The translations under genes were made by a program, and so were the position numbers. From the IMG/VR virus record IMGVR_UViG_3300045119_000356, positions 6,276 through 70,275 of that record: 64,000 nucleotides of DNA, one strand, 5' to 3'. Within the stretch, counting starts at the first letter, position 1, and each line of letters starts with the position of its first letter. Below are positions 1 through 9,239 of this stretch, piece after piece. A model generated the notes under the pieces. It searched no databases, had not been told where the DNA came from, and saw nothing but the letters and a program-made list of their open reading frames with translations. Source of the DNA: a virus.

Positions 1-43
1 GACCATCGACCAGATGCTACGCCCCGAGCGCTAGGCTTTCCCC

Positions 44-271
44 ATGAATGCCGCCGAGCGCGTCCACGCAATCCATCAGCGCCTTGAAAAGACGGAGCTT
101 GGATCTCGCGTCGAGCTCGTCATGCTCGCGACCGACAATGTGCGCGGCGAGCTGAAGCGCTTCGACGAGTTCGCCGTGACCGTCAAGCCGGATGAAGGCG
201 AAGAGCAAACCATCGGCTTCAGTCGCATCCGAGACGTTGCAGTCTTCACTTCTTCAAAAGGCCCCGTTTAG
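44..271 (+). CDS. Small hypothetical protein (possible Sm/SH3-like beta fold); only credible plus-strand gene
   Basis: 75-aa ORF with protein-like composition. TAGGCT -10 at 32-37 lies 6 nt before the ATG (leaderless). Overlaps the 3' end of the convergent minor capsid gene by 26 nt. Confidence 0.55.
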   Translation: MNAAERVHAIHQRLEKTELGSRVELVMLATDNVRGELKRFDEFAVTVKPDEGEEQTIGFSRIRDVAVFTSSKGPV

Positions 272-1871
272 CGAAGAGCTTCTCGATCTCCTTCGCAACC
301 GGAGCGAAGTCCTCCGGGTCGGTCCAGTAGGAGACGAATTTCTTGCCCTCTTCTTCCTCGCCATCGGTCCAGGCGCGGATCTGCGCTTTCATCTGCTCAT
401 CGCCGGATCGTTCTGCGATCCACTGCTCATAGGACCGCGCCCAGATCTCCGTCCAGTCCTTCTGGTAGGACGAGCCGTAGATGCGCATGCGCGAACCGGC
501 CTCGGAGTTTTTGATGGCCTCGCGCCAGGCGTCGTACTCCTCGTTGCCGTATTGGCTGGCGTAACGCGATTCAGGCTTGCGCCCGAAGAAAGTCCCCTGC
601 GGCGAATCGAAGTCACCGAGATGAACTGAGTCGAGGTAGTGCCCGGTCTCGTGCACGGTTCCGTTGAATGACGTAGGCCCAGGTCGGCCTGCGTCTTTGC
701 CGCTGAGATGAACCCCTCGCAGAGCTCGCCGGCTAATCAGGATCTCCGACGAGATCGACTCGGCCTTCCCGCTTTTGTTCGGTAGGAACGCGGCGCCATG
801 GGAGCCGTATTGACCGCGGCGCAGATTCCCCGTCTTGATCGTCGGCACGATCTTCAGCCCGGTCGGGAAGCTGTGCACCTTCTCGATGGTGCGCAGACCG
901 TGGTCAATCTGATCGCGGAAGAGCTTTTCCGGCTTCTTCTCACCGTCTTCAACGTTGTGCACAATCGAGCGCGCCTCAGAGCCTGAGGAAGGTTTGGGTT
1001 TCGCAGCCGGCGGCGTCTCTTCAAGATCGACCCCAAGCAGCTCGAAGTTCTCCTTGGCCGCACCGAGCACGTGCTCGCAGTTCGGATGAAACGGCGGGAA
1101 CGCCGGGATCTTCTCGTAGCCCTCGGTGTTGCCCGTCAGCGAGTACGTCTTGCCCTCGTAGAGCTGGCAAAGCGGCGTCTTCGTGTTGTGGTCGGAGATC
1201 GTCACCAGATCCAGGCCGACCTGAAGCAGCCTGTCCACGGTGCCGAGCGTCATCGCCTCGCGCTGAGTCGAGCGCGCGACCATCCGTGCGTAGGTGTCGA
1301 GCTTCCACTGGCGGCCGGATTTATCGGTGAAGCCTTTGAGCCCTTCCTCGGCAAGCCGCGTGGCTATGCGTTTCGAGGTCTCGCGTCTGCTCAGCCCGGC
1401 GGCGACGCCAGTGCCGACCTCTTCCAGGCCAACGCGGCGAAAGACATCTTCCGCTGAGCGCCCAACGCCGATCAGCGATTCCTCCAGTTTGCGTTCCACG
1501 GAAGCCTGGATGGCCTGAACCGCACCCTGGTTGGCGCCGCTGGCGAAAGCCGGCTTCAGCAGATCTTCAGTGAGATCTTCCGGCAATACGGCTTCCGCAG
1601 ATGCGTCGGCCGCCGTCGCCCCAAGCTGATAAGCGCCCGCGATACTCAGCCCTGTCAGGCCCTCGGTGCGTTGGCGCAGATCGGCCAGAACCCGTTCCAC
1701 CGCGGTGAGTTGCTTTTTGCGCTGGTCGGCGGATTTCAGCGAACCGCGTCGGATGGCCGAAGTGATCAGCGTCCGCAACAAGCGAGCAGCGCGCTCGTAG
1801 CTCGCGATCAGTTCTACCGTCGCAACCTCAGGAAGGCGTTCTACGCGCCTCTCCTCGTTATCCACCGCCAC
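246..1871 (-). CDS. Minor capsid/head morphogenesis (MuF-like) protein with C-terminal zincin-like metallopeptidase extension
   Basis: F.DKSGRQWKLDTYARMVAR, ISDH...C..YEGK.YS and PPFHPNCEH motifs of phage minor capsid proteins. The extension carries HETGH (HExxH) and a downstream EIWARSYEQWI helix. Confidence 0.8.
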   Translation of the reverse strand: MAVDNEERRVERLPEVATVELIASYERAARLLRTLITSAIRRGSLKSADQRKKQLTAVERVLADLRQRTEGLTGLSIAGAYQLGATAADASAEAVLPEDLTEDLLKPAFASGANQGAVQAIQASVERKLEESLIGVGRSAEDVFRRVGLEEVGTGVAAGLSRRETSKRIATRLAEEGLKGFTDKSGRQWKLDTYARMVARSTQREAMTLGTVDRLLQVGLDLVTISDHNTKTPLCQLYEGKTYSLTGNTEGYEKIPAFPPFHPNCEHVLGAAKENFELLGVDLEETPPAAKPKPSSGSEARSIVHNVEDGEKKPEKLFRDQIDHGLRTIEKVHSFPTGLKIVPTIKTGNLRRGQYGSHGAAFLPNKSGKAESISSEILISRRALRGVHLSGKDAGRPGPTSFNGTVHETGHYLDSVHLGDFDSPQGTFFGRKPESRYASQYGNEEYDAWREAIKNSEAGSRMRIYGSSYQKDWTEIWARSYEQWIAERSGDEQMKAQIRAWTDGEEEEGKKFVSYWTDPEDFAPVAKEIEKLFAKRGLLKK

Positions 1872-2247
1872 CAGTTGAGACCTCTTGCAGCGTCAGCCGG
1901 ATCTCGCCGGGCACCAGGGTGTTCGGTATGTCGAATTCCTCGCTGATGATGACCAGACCCTGGCGCTCTTCACCACGGTGCAAGAACGTCACGATGTCTC
2001 GGTCGTCAAAAGTAAGCGCTCGCGTCTTCCGGGCATCGACGATCAACTGCCGGCGCAAGTAGAAGGTCTCGGCAGGCCCGGAGGTGCCAGCGCCAGGGCC
2101 TGCATTTCGTTCACGGCGCTCGGTATAGAAGCCGTCCGCGCGCCCGGCCCACTTCTCCTCGCCCGCTCCATCGGGCGAGTCCCAGTCAACGGTGCTGCCG
2201 CCAGCATTGACTTTGATCAGCGTTGCGTTCTTCTGTGGCAGCGTCAC
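1858..2247 (-). CDS. Putative head-closure (head-tail joining) protein
   Basis: 129 aa, predicted beta-rich, coupled directly after the adaptor gene; call based on synteny. Confidence 0.5.
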   Translation of the reverse strand: MTLPQKNATLIKVNAGGSTVDWDSPDGAGEEKWAGRADGFYTERRERNAGPGAGTSGPAETFYLRRQLIVDARKTRALTFDDRDIVTFLHRGEERQGLVIISEEFDIPNTLVPGEIRLTLQEVSTGGGG

Positions 2248-2654
2248 CGAACTAGCTTGCCACCGACCGCGCGATTCAGCCCGGTGTACTTCAGCTCGTC
2301 GCGCATCTTCGGCCCATAGCGACTGAGTTTTCCGACCGTGGCGAAGTCGGGCCCGTTCGCGGACTTGTACTGGTCGTGCACGAACCAGTCTTCGCCCTTT
2401 TCGATCCGGTACTCGGCCTGCGCGCAGGTTGCACGGGTCAGCGATTCGATCTGATCGGCGGTGAGCTTCTTGGGGTTTTCGCCCAGGTCACCGAAGCGCA
2501 TCCCGTTGGACTCGACCGGCCACGCAGCCCCTACGTAGCGATCAACGTCGCGCGAGGCTCGCTCCAGCACTCGTTCAAGCGTCCCGGCGTCCTCGGTCTC
2601 CCAGCCCTCTACGTAGTCCTCGAAGTCTTTCGTCGTCGCGTAGGCCTCAGCCAT
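2244..2654 (-). CDS. Head-tail adaptor/connector protein
   Basis: MAEAYAT..D...L.RASR.VD and ATCAQAEY pattern typical of phage head-completion proteins; start moved to ATG 2654. Confidence 0.65.
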   Translation of the reverse strand: MAEAYATTKDFEDYVEGWETEDAGTLERVLERASRDVDRYVGAAWPVESNGMRFGDLGENPKKLTADQIESLTRATCAQAEYRIEKGEDWFVHDQYKSANGPDFATVGKLSRYGPKMRDELKYTGLNRAVGGKLVR

Positions 2655-2804
2655 GACGGCGCCCGCCCGCCTGAGCATCCTGGCGCGCACCCGCAGGTCT
2701 GCCTGGTCTCGCTGGCCGCTTCGACCCCTGCCCTGCGCGCGGAGCCTTGCGAGCTCGGCGGTCGAGATCTACGTCCTCCCTAATCGAGCCGAGCCGACCG
2801 AGCC

Positions 2805-3209
2805 TCATTCGTCCAGATCCTCCAAGATCAGCACCCGCAAATACGGTTCCTCTTCCTCGGCGGGGAACGTCTCTTTCTTGCCTGATTCCCAGGTCACCTC
2901 GAACTCGGTATTGAAGAACCCAGGTGGCCGTTGAGTGTCGCCGTCTTGCCAGTCATAGACGCAGACCCAGACTTCGATTTCTTTCGGGGTTTCCGATTTG
3001 TCTTTGGGGTCTGGGATTTTCTCCAGGCTGAAGGTCATTTCGCCTTTGAGCGCCGGCGGCGTGGGGTCACCTTCACCCTCAGCGCGCATCAGGAACCTGA
3101 CTTTGCTGGCTTTGTCGAGCGGAACGTATTTGCCCCCGCTCGTCAGAACGACCGCATAGCTCGGCGCAGTGTCGCCCTGCTTGATCGGGAACGGATCTTG
3201 CTCGGCCAT
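2805..3209 (-). CDS. BppU-like baseplate upper protein N-terminal domain protein
   Basis: IKQGDT.P...L, Y.WQ.GDT..PG.F..EFEVT..SGK.ETFP pattern; leaderless TAGGTT -10 at 3218-3223. Confidence 0.65.
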   Translation of the reverse strand: MAEQDPFPIKQGDTAPSYAVVLTSGGKYVPLDKASKVRFLMRAEGEGDPTPPALKGEMTFSLEKIPDPKDKSETPKEIEVWVCVYDWQDGDTQRPPGFFNTEFEVTWESGKKETFPAEEEEPYLRVLILEDLDE

Positions 3210-3233
3210 CCCGCTGCAACCTAGCACGCGCCT

Positions 3234-4910
3234 CTAGAGCGCCTGCGCCCCTCGCGGCTCTTGCGGCAGGCCCACGGCCCCGGTCTCCTCCGCCCCCAAG
3301 CTGATCACAGAGTTACTCGCAACCAGCGCCAGCGCCTCCCTCACCGGAACGGCGAGCACTACCGCTCCGGTCGAGTCGGCACCCAGGCATATCGCACCTC
3401 GGATGGTCGAGCTGACAACCACAGCGCTGGTCGGGTCATCAGACAGGCAGATCGCGTCAAGCAGCGGTTCGTAGCGCGGCGTTGGCATCTTCAGCGTGAT
3501 GGCTTCGTCGAGCTCGCCGGGGATCCCAAGCGGGCGGATCTTCAGGCGCACCAGCACCAGCGGCTCGTCGAGCTCGGAGGCCAACCCCAGCCCCCGCGCC
3601 TTCGAGCGCACAACCGAGAAGGCCTGGTCGAGCTCGGAAGCCAACCCCAGCGCCCGCGCCTTCTTGGCTGAGATCACCTGCGCAAGATCGACCTCAGCAG
3701 CAACGCCGAGAGCTCGCGTCTTGGAGCGCCCCAGTGCGAAGACGGCATCCAACTCAGCAGCCTGCCCCAGGACTCGCATCTTCACTCGCGTCGCCGGGAG
3801 CGCGGCATCCACCTCCGCTGCCTGCCCTAGAGCTCGCGCCTTGAACCGCCCCAGCGCCAGCCCGGCGTCGCTCTCCGCCGGCAACCCCAGAGCGCGAGTC
3901 TTCAGCCGGCCGGCGGCGAGCGGCGCATCCGTCTCGGCAGCCTGCCCCAGCGACCGCGACTTCATCCTGCCCATCGCCAGCGCTGCGTCCGTCTCGGCAG
4001 CCTGCCCCAGGGGTCGGGCCTTCGCCCTGCCCATCGCCAGCGCTGCGTCCGTCTCGGCCGGCTGACCGAGAGCTCGAATCTTCGACCTCGTCGCAGCGAA
4101 GGCCGCGTCAGTCTCGGCGGCCTGGCCGACCCCCAGTACCTTCACGCGCGTCGGCGGCAACGCTGCATCGGTCTCCGCGGCGATGCCGAGCGCATAGGTT
4201 TTCGGCCCTGACGCCGGAGCCACGCTGTAGATCGGCGGCCCCCCAGTGAAGTAGAAAGGGCAAGAGCGAGAGGTCACCGATGTGCCCGCACGCACCGACT
4301 CGTTCATCCCGGTGCCCGACAGATCCAGCACCTTCTGTTCGACGGAGGCCTGCCGTAGCTCCCACAGCCCTGACGGGCGGCGCGAGAGCATGCCCGACCG
4401 CGAGAAAGCTATGGACTCAAAGCCTTCGTTGCTGAGCAAGACGTTGTACTCAACGACCATCTCAATGTCACCGTTGAAGTTGTCGTTAGTCCCGCCTTTC
4501 CACTCCCCGATCCGAACCGTGCCGCCAGCGCCCACCGTGATGGCGTTGCCGATAGTGCCGCCGAGATTCTGGTGCGTCCAACCTGACGCCCTCTTCCAAA
4601 CATGGGCCCGTGCCGCTTCGGCCGCTGGCTTGTGCACTCCGACAAAGCACCAGCCGTCTGCTTCTTTGACGGTGAGCGTAGATGTTTCCTGTTCGCCCAC
4701 CCCAACCTCTTCCAGCGCAATTTTGCCTGTCGTTGCAACGAGCTGGAGCGCGATTCGAGGACCGCCACCAGATTCGCAGCGGGAGTAAATCGTGTCGTAG
4801 TCGCTATCGCTGTTACGCCTGACCCAGGCGCCGAGACTGTAAGCCCCAGTCAACTGGTTAATGACAGGGAACCGAAGCTGGTCTGTGGTCGCGGCAAACG
4901 TGCGAGCCAT
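3234..4910 (-). CDS. Virion fibre-like protein: N-terminal LamG/concanavalin-like lectin domain plus tandem 20-aa repeats
   Basis: S.GAWVR, GW.FV and RIG....FNGDI...YN..LS LamG pattern, then about 12 repeats of LGQAAETDAA.A..R.K.R. Confidence 0.7.
   Translation of the reverse strand: MARTFAATTDQLRFPVINQLTGAYSLGAWVRRNSDSDYDTIYSRCESGGGPRIALQLVATTGKIALEEVGVGEQETSTLTVKEADGWCFVGVHKPAAEAARAHVWKRASGWTHQNLGGTIGNAITVGAGGTVRIGEWKGGTNDNFNGDIEMVVEYNVLLSNEGFESIAFSRSGMLSRRPSGLWELRQASVEQKVLDLSGTGMNESVRAGTSVTSRSCPFYFTGGPPIYSVAPASGPKTYALGIAAETDAALPPTRVKVLGVGQAAETDAAFAATRSKIRALGQPAETDAALAMGRAKARPLGQAAETDAALAMGRMKSRSLGQAAETDAPLAAGRLKTRALGLPAESDAGLALGRFKARALGQAAEVDAALPATRVKMRVLGQAAELDAVFALGRSKTRALGVAAEVDLAQVISAKKARALGLASELDQAFSVVRSKARGLGLASELDEPLVLVRLKIRPLGIPGELDEAITLKMPTPRYEPLLDAICLSDDPTSAVVVSSTIRGAICLGADSTGAVVLAVPVREALALVASNSVISLGAEETGAVGLPQEPRGAQAL
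3490..4200 (-). repeat. Intragenic 60-nt-period tandem repeat (about 12 degenerate copies)
   Basis: Near-identical 60-nt units, e.g. cctgcccatcgccagcgctgcgtccgtctcggc in the lines starting 3961 and 4021; keeps the reading frame. Confidence 0.85.
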
Positions 4911-4919
4911 GCCGAGCTC

Positions 4920-5441
4920 CTACGTTGTTGTGTAGGTCAGAGCAACGCTGAGGAGCTCAGCATCGACGGCGAGTGTGTCGCTGCCCGATGCAGCTTCGCG
5001 GAAGACCAGCAGCTCGAAGAAGTCGCCGGCCGCGATCGAGTCCAGTTTCGGTTCGATGGTCGTGGTGATCAAACGCCGCGCCTCAGCCGTGTTTACTTCG
5101 ACGGTCGCCGTCACGGCTTCGGCCTCGGCATGCTCGACCGGAGTGTCTGCGTCGGTGGGAGTAATCGCCCCCAAGCGAGCCCCCCAGACCACTTTCTGCG
5201 CTTCTTTGGAGAGCGCCATCCAGAGCAGCTTGACGATCGGGATTTCTTTGAAGTCGTCGGGCATGCGCCCCTGAAACCACAGGTGCTCCTGGGTCGCCGC
5301 GTCGAACGACGCGATCAGCAGCGGCTTCTTCGGATTGGCCTCGGTTCCGGCCAGGTTGAGCAGCGCCGGGCCGGCGTTGCTCGCGGAACCGTCGCCAGGT
5401 GCTCCGGCATGCGGGCTCCATTGCAGCGTCGCAACTGCCAT
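4920..5441 (-). CDS. Hypothetical virion structural protein (beta-sandwich-like)
   Basis: 173-aa ORF tightly packed in the structural operon. Confidence 0.6.
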   Translation of the reverse strand: MAVATLQWSPHAGAPGDGSASNAGPALLNLAGTEANPKKPLLIASFDAATQEHLWFQGRMPDDFKEIPIVKLLWMALSKEAQKVVWGARLGAITPTDADTPVEHAEAEAVTATVEVNTAEARRLITTTIEPKLDSIAAGDFFELLVFREAASGSDTLAVDAELLSVALTYTTT

Positions 5442-5444
5442 CGG

Positions 5445-5921
5445 CTACGACGCTTTGGCGAAACCGAGCGCGTTGACTTCCGCTTTGAGATCGCTGCCCG
5501 AAGGCGTCTCCAGGTAGTCCAGATGCACCAGCGGGATGATGTTCGCGTCAGTCCCCGAAGTGGTGTCGGCGTCGTAGCAGACCAGCAGCTTGCCCCATTT
5601 GCCGCCAGCTTCTGCCACGGCTTTCCATTCGGGGTTCGGCATCGTCGCCGTCTGCCGGTCGTTAACGTTGTCCGGAGAGGCCGCGACCAGATCCGTGTCG
5701 GTGAAGACTTTGCGCGAGTAACCGGAGTTGGTCGCCTCGTCGCTGGCGCCTTCGAGGATCACCGCAAGCGTGGCGAGATCCTTCAGTTCGGCGTCGGTGA
5801 CCAGGCCGGCCGACTTCAGCGCGACGATGATCAGCGCTGAGTTCGTCGGTTCGTTGGCATCCACACGGTTAACGAGCTCGGCCCAGCGGCCCAGCCCAAC
5901 GTTGAAGATTCCGTCAGCCAC
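5445..5921 (-). CDS. Conserved phage structural (fibre-associated) protein
   Basis: EAT.SGY.RK and G.D...vNa.Gf pattern seen in phage fibre-module proteins; GTG start. Confidence 0.55.
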   Translation of the reverse strand: MADGIFNVGLGRWAELVNRVDANEPTNSALIIVALKSAGLVTDAELKDLATLAVILEGASDEATNSGYSRKVFTDTDLVAASPDNVNDRQTATMPNPEWKAVAEAGGKWGKLLVCYDADTTSGTDANIIPLVHLDYLETPSGSDLKAEVNALGFAKAS

Positions 5922-6168
5922 TCTCGCTCATCTCCTCTGCGCCCTGCGGGTTGAGCTCGCCGTAGACGCTGCCGTCGGGACGCAGCAGCACGATGGTGTC
6001 GCCCTCGCGCCAGTGCTTGCGCGCCTCGGTGATCGCTTCGTTGCGCAGCTCGAAGGGCTCAACAGGCGGCGTGATTGCTTCAACGTCCTGGTTGATGTCG
6101 GCCGGATCTCCTTCCGATCCCTTGATCGACCAGCGGCCGTTCTCTGTGGGGTAGACCTGGATCTCCAT
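5914..6168 (-). CDS. DUF2188-like small protein
   Basis: V.P...G.W.IK, F....EAI..AR and I...DG.V pattern resembling DUF2188. Confidence 0.45.
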   Translation of the reverse strand: MEIQVYPTENGRWSIKGSEGDPADINQDVEAITPPVEPFELRNEAITEARKHWREGDTIVLLRPDGSVYGELNPQGAEEMSESG

Positions 6169-6216
6169 GATCAAGGCGGCGGAAGCGTCCCCCGGCCGAA
6201 GCCGGGGGACTCGCTC

Positions 6217-6723
6217 CTAGGCCGAAGTGGTGACTCCGCCCTTCTCGCCCTCAACGTCGCCCTGTTCGCCCACGCGAGCGGACTGGGAGACGAGCTCGCT
6301 GCGCGGCTTGTAGTCGATGACGTTGCCCTCGTCGTCGTAGACCGGCTCGCCACCTCCCTCGACCGCGCGGCTTTCCATGTGGCCCGGACCGACGCGCTCG
6401 GAGTAGTCGCCGCGCTTCTGACCCTCTCCGAGAGCGTCCTCCGGCCCAACGGGCTCCGAACCCGAACCCTGAGCCATCGGCACCCCGCCATCGGTGCCAT
6501 CGCGGGTCGTCACACCGCCCTCGGTGTGCTCCAGGTCGGCGTTTTCGGCTGCGGTCGCTACCCCAGCCTCTTCCTTGCCCTCTTCCTCGGCCACCGTTTC
6601 GGCGGGCGCCTCAGAGGTCGCCTCGGTGCTCGTGCCCGCGTCGCCATCCCCGGCAGCGTCGGACCCGGAACCTAGGCCCTGGTCCTCCTCGAAACCCTCG
6701 CGGGTCTCAGTGTCATCACGCAT
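6217..6723 (-). CDS. Acidic, largely disordered hypothetical protein
   Basis: E/D/G-rich ORF; ATG at 6723 overlaps the upstream gene's end. Confidence 0.55.
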   Translation of the reverse strand: MRDDTETREGFEEDQGLGSGSDAAGDGDAGTSTEATSEAPAETVAEEEGKEEAGVATAAENADLEHTEGGVTTRDGTDGGVPMAQGSGSEPVGPEDALGEGQKRGDYSERVGPGHMESRAVEGGGEPVYDDEGNVIDYKPRSELVSQSARVGEQGDVEGEKGGVTTSA

Positions 6724-7168
6724 TCTTGCCCTCGCTTCCGTCATAGTCGCTCTCGGCTTCGCCGCACTCGATGCAGCGAACCACGATGAGCTTCTTGCCC
6801 CACTCCTCAGGAGGGAGGCTCTCTGTGGCCTTCGGTTTCTGCGCAACGAAGAACTCGACACGGACGTGCTCGTCACCGGGCAGAGCGCCTTCTTCGGGAC
6901 AGCCCCGTTTATGGCGCATCTCCTCCGCGATTTCGCGGGCCTGACTCAGCCGTTCCTCACCGATCCGCTGGTCACGCTCGGTCGCACGCTCGTGCTTGCG
7001 CTCGCGGACACCTGAGCCGTTCTCACGGCCTGCGGCATCGCCAGCCGAAGCGGCGGCCTCGTCCTTCGGCTCGTCGATCGGCTTAGCGGCGGCCTCGCTT
7101 GCGCCAGTGTCGCCGCCAGCCTCCTCGGCTAGCTCGTCGGACCCTCTTGTCTGTGTCGTGTCTTCCAT
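6716..7168 (-). CDS. Hypothetical protein with acidic N-terminus and CxxC motif
   Basis: RBS (ggag) upstream; H..GCP and CIECG motifs. Confidence 0.55.
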   Translation of the reverse strand: MEDTTQTRGSDELAEEAGGDTGASEAAAKPIDEPKDEAAASAGDAAGRENGSGVRERKHERATERDQRIGEERLSQAREIAEEMRHKRGCPEEGALPGDEHVRVEFFVAQKPKATESLPPEEWGKKLIVVRCIECGEAESDYDGSEGKNA

Positions 7169-7209
7169 CGTTCTCCGTTTCTAGCACCGCCCAGTGAGCG
7201 GCTCCGGGT

Positions 7210-8157
7210 CTATTTGTTGAGGATCCCCCGGAGACGGGCGGCGCCGGGACCGAACACGGCGAGCCCTGCGTAGAGCTCGATGCGAGTCCGATAGGCCGGC
7301 TTGCTCTCCAGCTCGCCCAGGTCTTTGACCTGAACGCCACCGTTGGTCAAGCCGGTAACCGCCCGGTCGCCCTCGTCTTCGCCAAACCGCACGGCGTAGA
7401 TCGAAGAGGCGACGCTGGAGGTGCCCTGCGTCTCGGTTTGGGGGATGATCAGGGAGCCATCGGCCTTCGTGCCGATGTCCCTGAACGGGATGCCATCGTA
7501 TTCATCGATCTTGCGACCGAATTCGTCGCGGCTCGTTTCGTACTTCCCGATCCGGCGCGCGGCGCTCTTGATCCGAGCAACGATCATGCTGTTCATGTAC
7601 AGCACGTCAACGCCGCCCTTGACCGCCGCGATCAGCGCGTCAAGCGCTTCAAAGAATTCGTAGCGTTCATTGTCGGTCGTGCCGACCACGGGCAGGCCGT
7701 TGGTCGCGGCATCGAGCACCTGGGTGCCGGTGAGCCGCTTCTTCAGGCCGTCGAAGGAGTTGGCATCCACGGCGGTGTCGCCGTTGATGAAGGCGTCTTG
7801 GAACTTGTACGTCGCCGCCTTGACCTTCATCCGCTGCTGGGTCGCACGCTGGTCGTTGAGGTTGGACCGCGTCTTCTGGATGAAGGCGTCAACGTCCGCC
7901 TCGCCACCCAGAATCGTCAGCTTCTCGGTTTTCTGGTTGACCGTCCCCGTGCTCTCGGAGTAGGCCGCGTTGACCGCGCGGAACTCGACGCCCGGCAGCG
8001 TTGCCTCCTCGTTGTACATGTAGGAATTGCCTTCAACCTCCAGAAACGGAATGCGGTCGAGGATGACCGACTCCGGTTCGATGACGAAGGTTTCGATAAC
8101 CCCGCGTTGCAGGTCGTCGTCGGAGAGCTTCGCAGCTTCCGCCAGTGTGATTGCCAT
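7210..8157 (-). CDS. Major capsid protein (HK97 fold)
   Basis: MA.TLAEAAKL..D.LQ.GVIE.F, LPGV.FRAVN, I.GD...D...FDGL.KRL, SSIYAVRFG and AARL.GI pattern; strong RBS; follows the scaffold gene. Confidence 0.92.
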   Translation of the reverse strand: MAITLAEAAKLSDDDLQRGVIETFVIEPESVILDRIPFLEVEGNSYMYNEEATLPGVEFRAVNAAYSESTGTVNQKTEKLTILGGEADVDAFIQKTRSNLNDQRATQQRMKVKAATYKFQDAFINGDTAVDANSFDGLKKRLTGTQVLDAATNGLPVVGTTDNERYEFFEALDALIAAVKGGVDVLYMNSMIVARIKSAARRIGKYETSRDEFGRKIDEYDGIPFRDIGTKADGSLIIPQTETQGTSSVASSIYAVRFGEDEGDRAVTGLTNGGVQVKDLGELESKPAYRTRIELYAGLAVFGPGAARLRGILNK

Positions 8158-8223
8158 GTTTGTTGTTCCTCGTTTCGTTATCGGTTGTCGGTAACGACCC
8201 GAGCTGTTCCGAACCTGTTCGCC

Positions 8224-9108
8224 CTACGCCTTGGCCTTTTCGCGCTTCGTCTCATTGATCTCTAGGCCTCGACGCATCCGCTCACGCGGAGACACCTCTT
8301 CGCCGTCTTTCTTTTTGCCGTTTCCGTCGCTACCGGAACCATCGCCGTCGCCCTCGTCGTCCTCGCCGTCGCCGTCGCGGTCACCCTCGACTTTGCCCTG
8401 GCGTTTGGTTTTCTTGAGCAGGCCTGGTTCCTTTTTGGCGAGACGTTTGACGGCATCGCGCACGCGATCCTCGTCTACGTCTCCGTCCTCATCTACGGCA
8501 TCTTTCAGATCGCTCGCCACTATCGACACGACCAGATCCGGGCTGCGGAAGTCACGGCGAGATGCCTCGGCCGTGATTGCTCGTTCGAGGGAGCCGCTTT
8601 TAAGCTGCCCCTCGACCTCTTCGCGACGATCGCGCTCTTCCTCAAACATTTTCTTGTACTGGCCGCTTTTCTCGGCCCGTTTGCGTTGCTGAGCTTTGAG
8701 CGCTTTCTCCGCCTTCTTGCGCTCTTTACGCTCCTCGCTCAGCCGACGCTTAAGGGCACGGTTTTCAGCAGCCGTGCCCTCCTCCCCATCGTCGTCGCCG
8801 TCGCCCTCGTCTCCGTCGCCATCCTCGTCGTCGCCGTCGCCATCGTCGCCGTCTCCAGAGCCGTCTCCGTCTCCATCACCGTCGCCGTCGCCATCGTCGC
8901 CATCGTCGCCGTCTCCAGAGCCGTCCCCGTCCCCGTCTCCATCACCGTCAAGCCGAAGCCCAGCGAGCTGAGCAACTTCGAGCAGCTCCGGCGGTGCCGA
9001 CCTCGGCACTCCGGCGCGTTCGAGCAGGTCCTCCAGCGGCAGGGCGCGAACCCGGTCGCGGGCAAAGATCTGGCGGATGGCGGTGAGCAAACGGTTCAGG
9101 GTGGTCAT
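8224..9108 (-). CDS. Capsid scaffolding protein
   Basis: D/G low-complexity tract, coiled-coil (ENRALKRRLSEERKERKKAEK), V..L....P.LL motif; located between portal and capsid genes. Confidence 0.8.
   Translation of the reverse strand: MTTLNRLLTAIRQIFARDRVRALPLEDLLERAGVPRSAPPELLEVAQLAGLRLDGDGDGDGDGSGDGDDGDDGDGDGDGDGDGSGDGDDGDGDDEDGDGDEGDGDDDGEEGTAAENRALKRRLSEERKERKKAEKALKAQQRKRAEKSGQYKKMFEEERDRREEVEGQLKSGSLERAITAEASRRDFRSPDLVVSIVASDLKDAVDEDGDVDEDRVRDAVKRLAKKEPGLLKKTKRQGKVEGDRDGDGEDDEGDGDGSGSDGNGKKKDGEEVSPRERMRRGLEINETKREKAKA
8780..8950 (-). repeat. Low-complexity Asp/Gly codon repeat in the scaffold gene
   Basis: Repeated ccgtcgccatcgtcgccgtctccagagccgtc units. Confidence 0.8.
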
Positions 9109-9239
9109 GCGTCTCGTGATCTCCGATCTGAATTTACTGTCCGGCGGTTGGTTTCCCTGGGTCCGTCCCAGTGCCCTGCCGGTCAGGGCTCGTCCCGCGA
9201 TGTTTTGTATGCCGCGTTCGCCGCGGCGGCCTAGCGGGT

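Noticed and set aside
17-208. Minus-strand 63-aa ORF
   Set aside because: Fully overlaps the better-supported plus-strand gene and has no clear initiation signal.
3490-4200. CRISPR array or DGR-like repeats
   Set aside because: The repeats are degenerate, in-frame coding units without unique spacers; no cas or reverse transcriptase gene is visible.
8780-8950. Contingency/phase-variable repeat
   Set aside because: Triplet-based Asp/Gly linker, as is common in scaffold proteins; length changes would not shift the frame.
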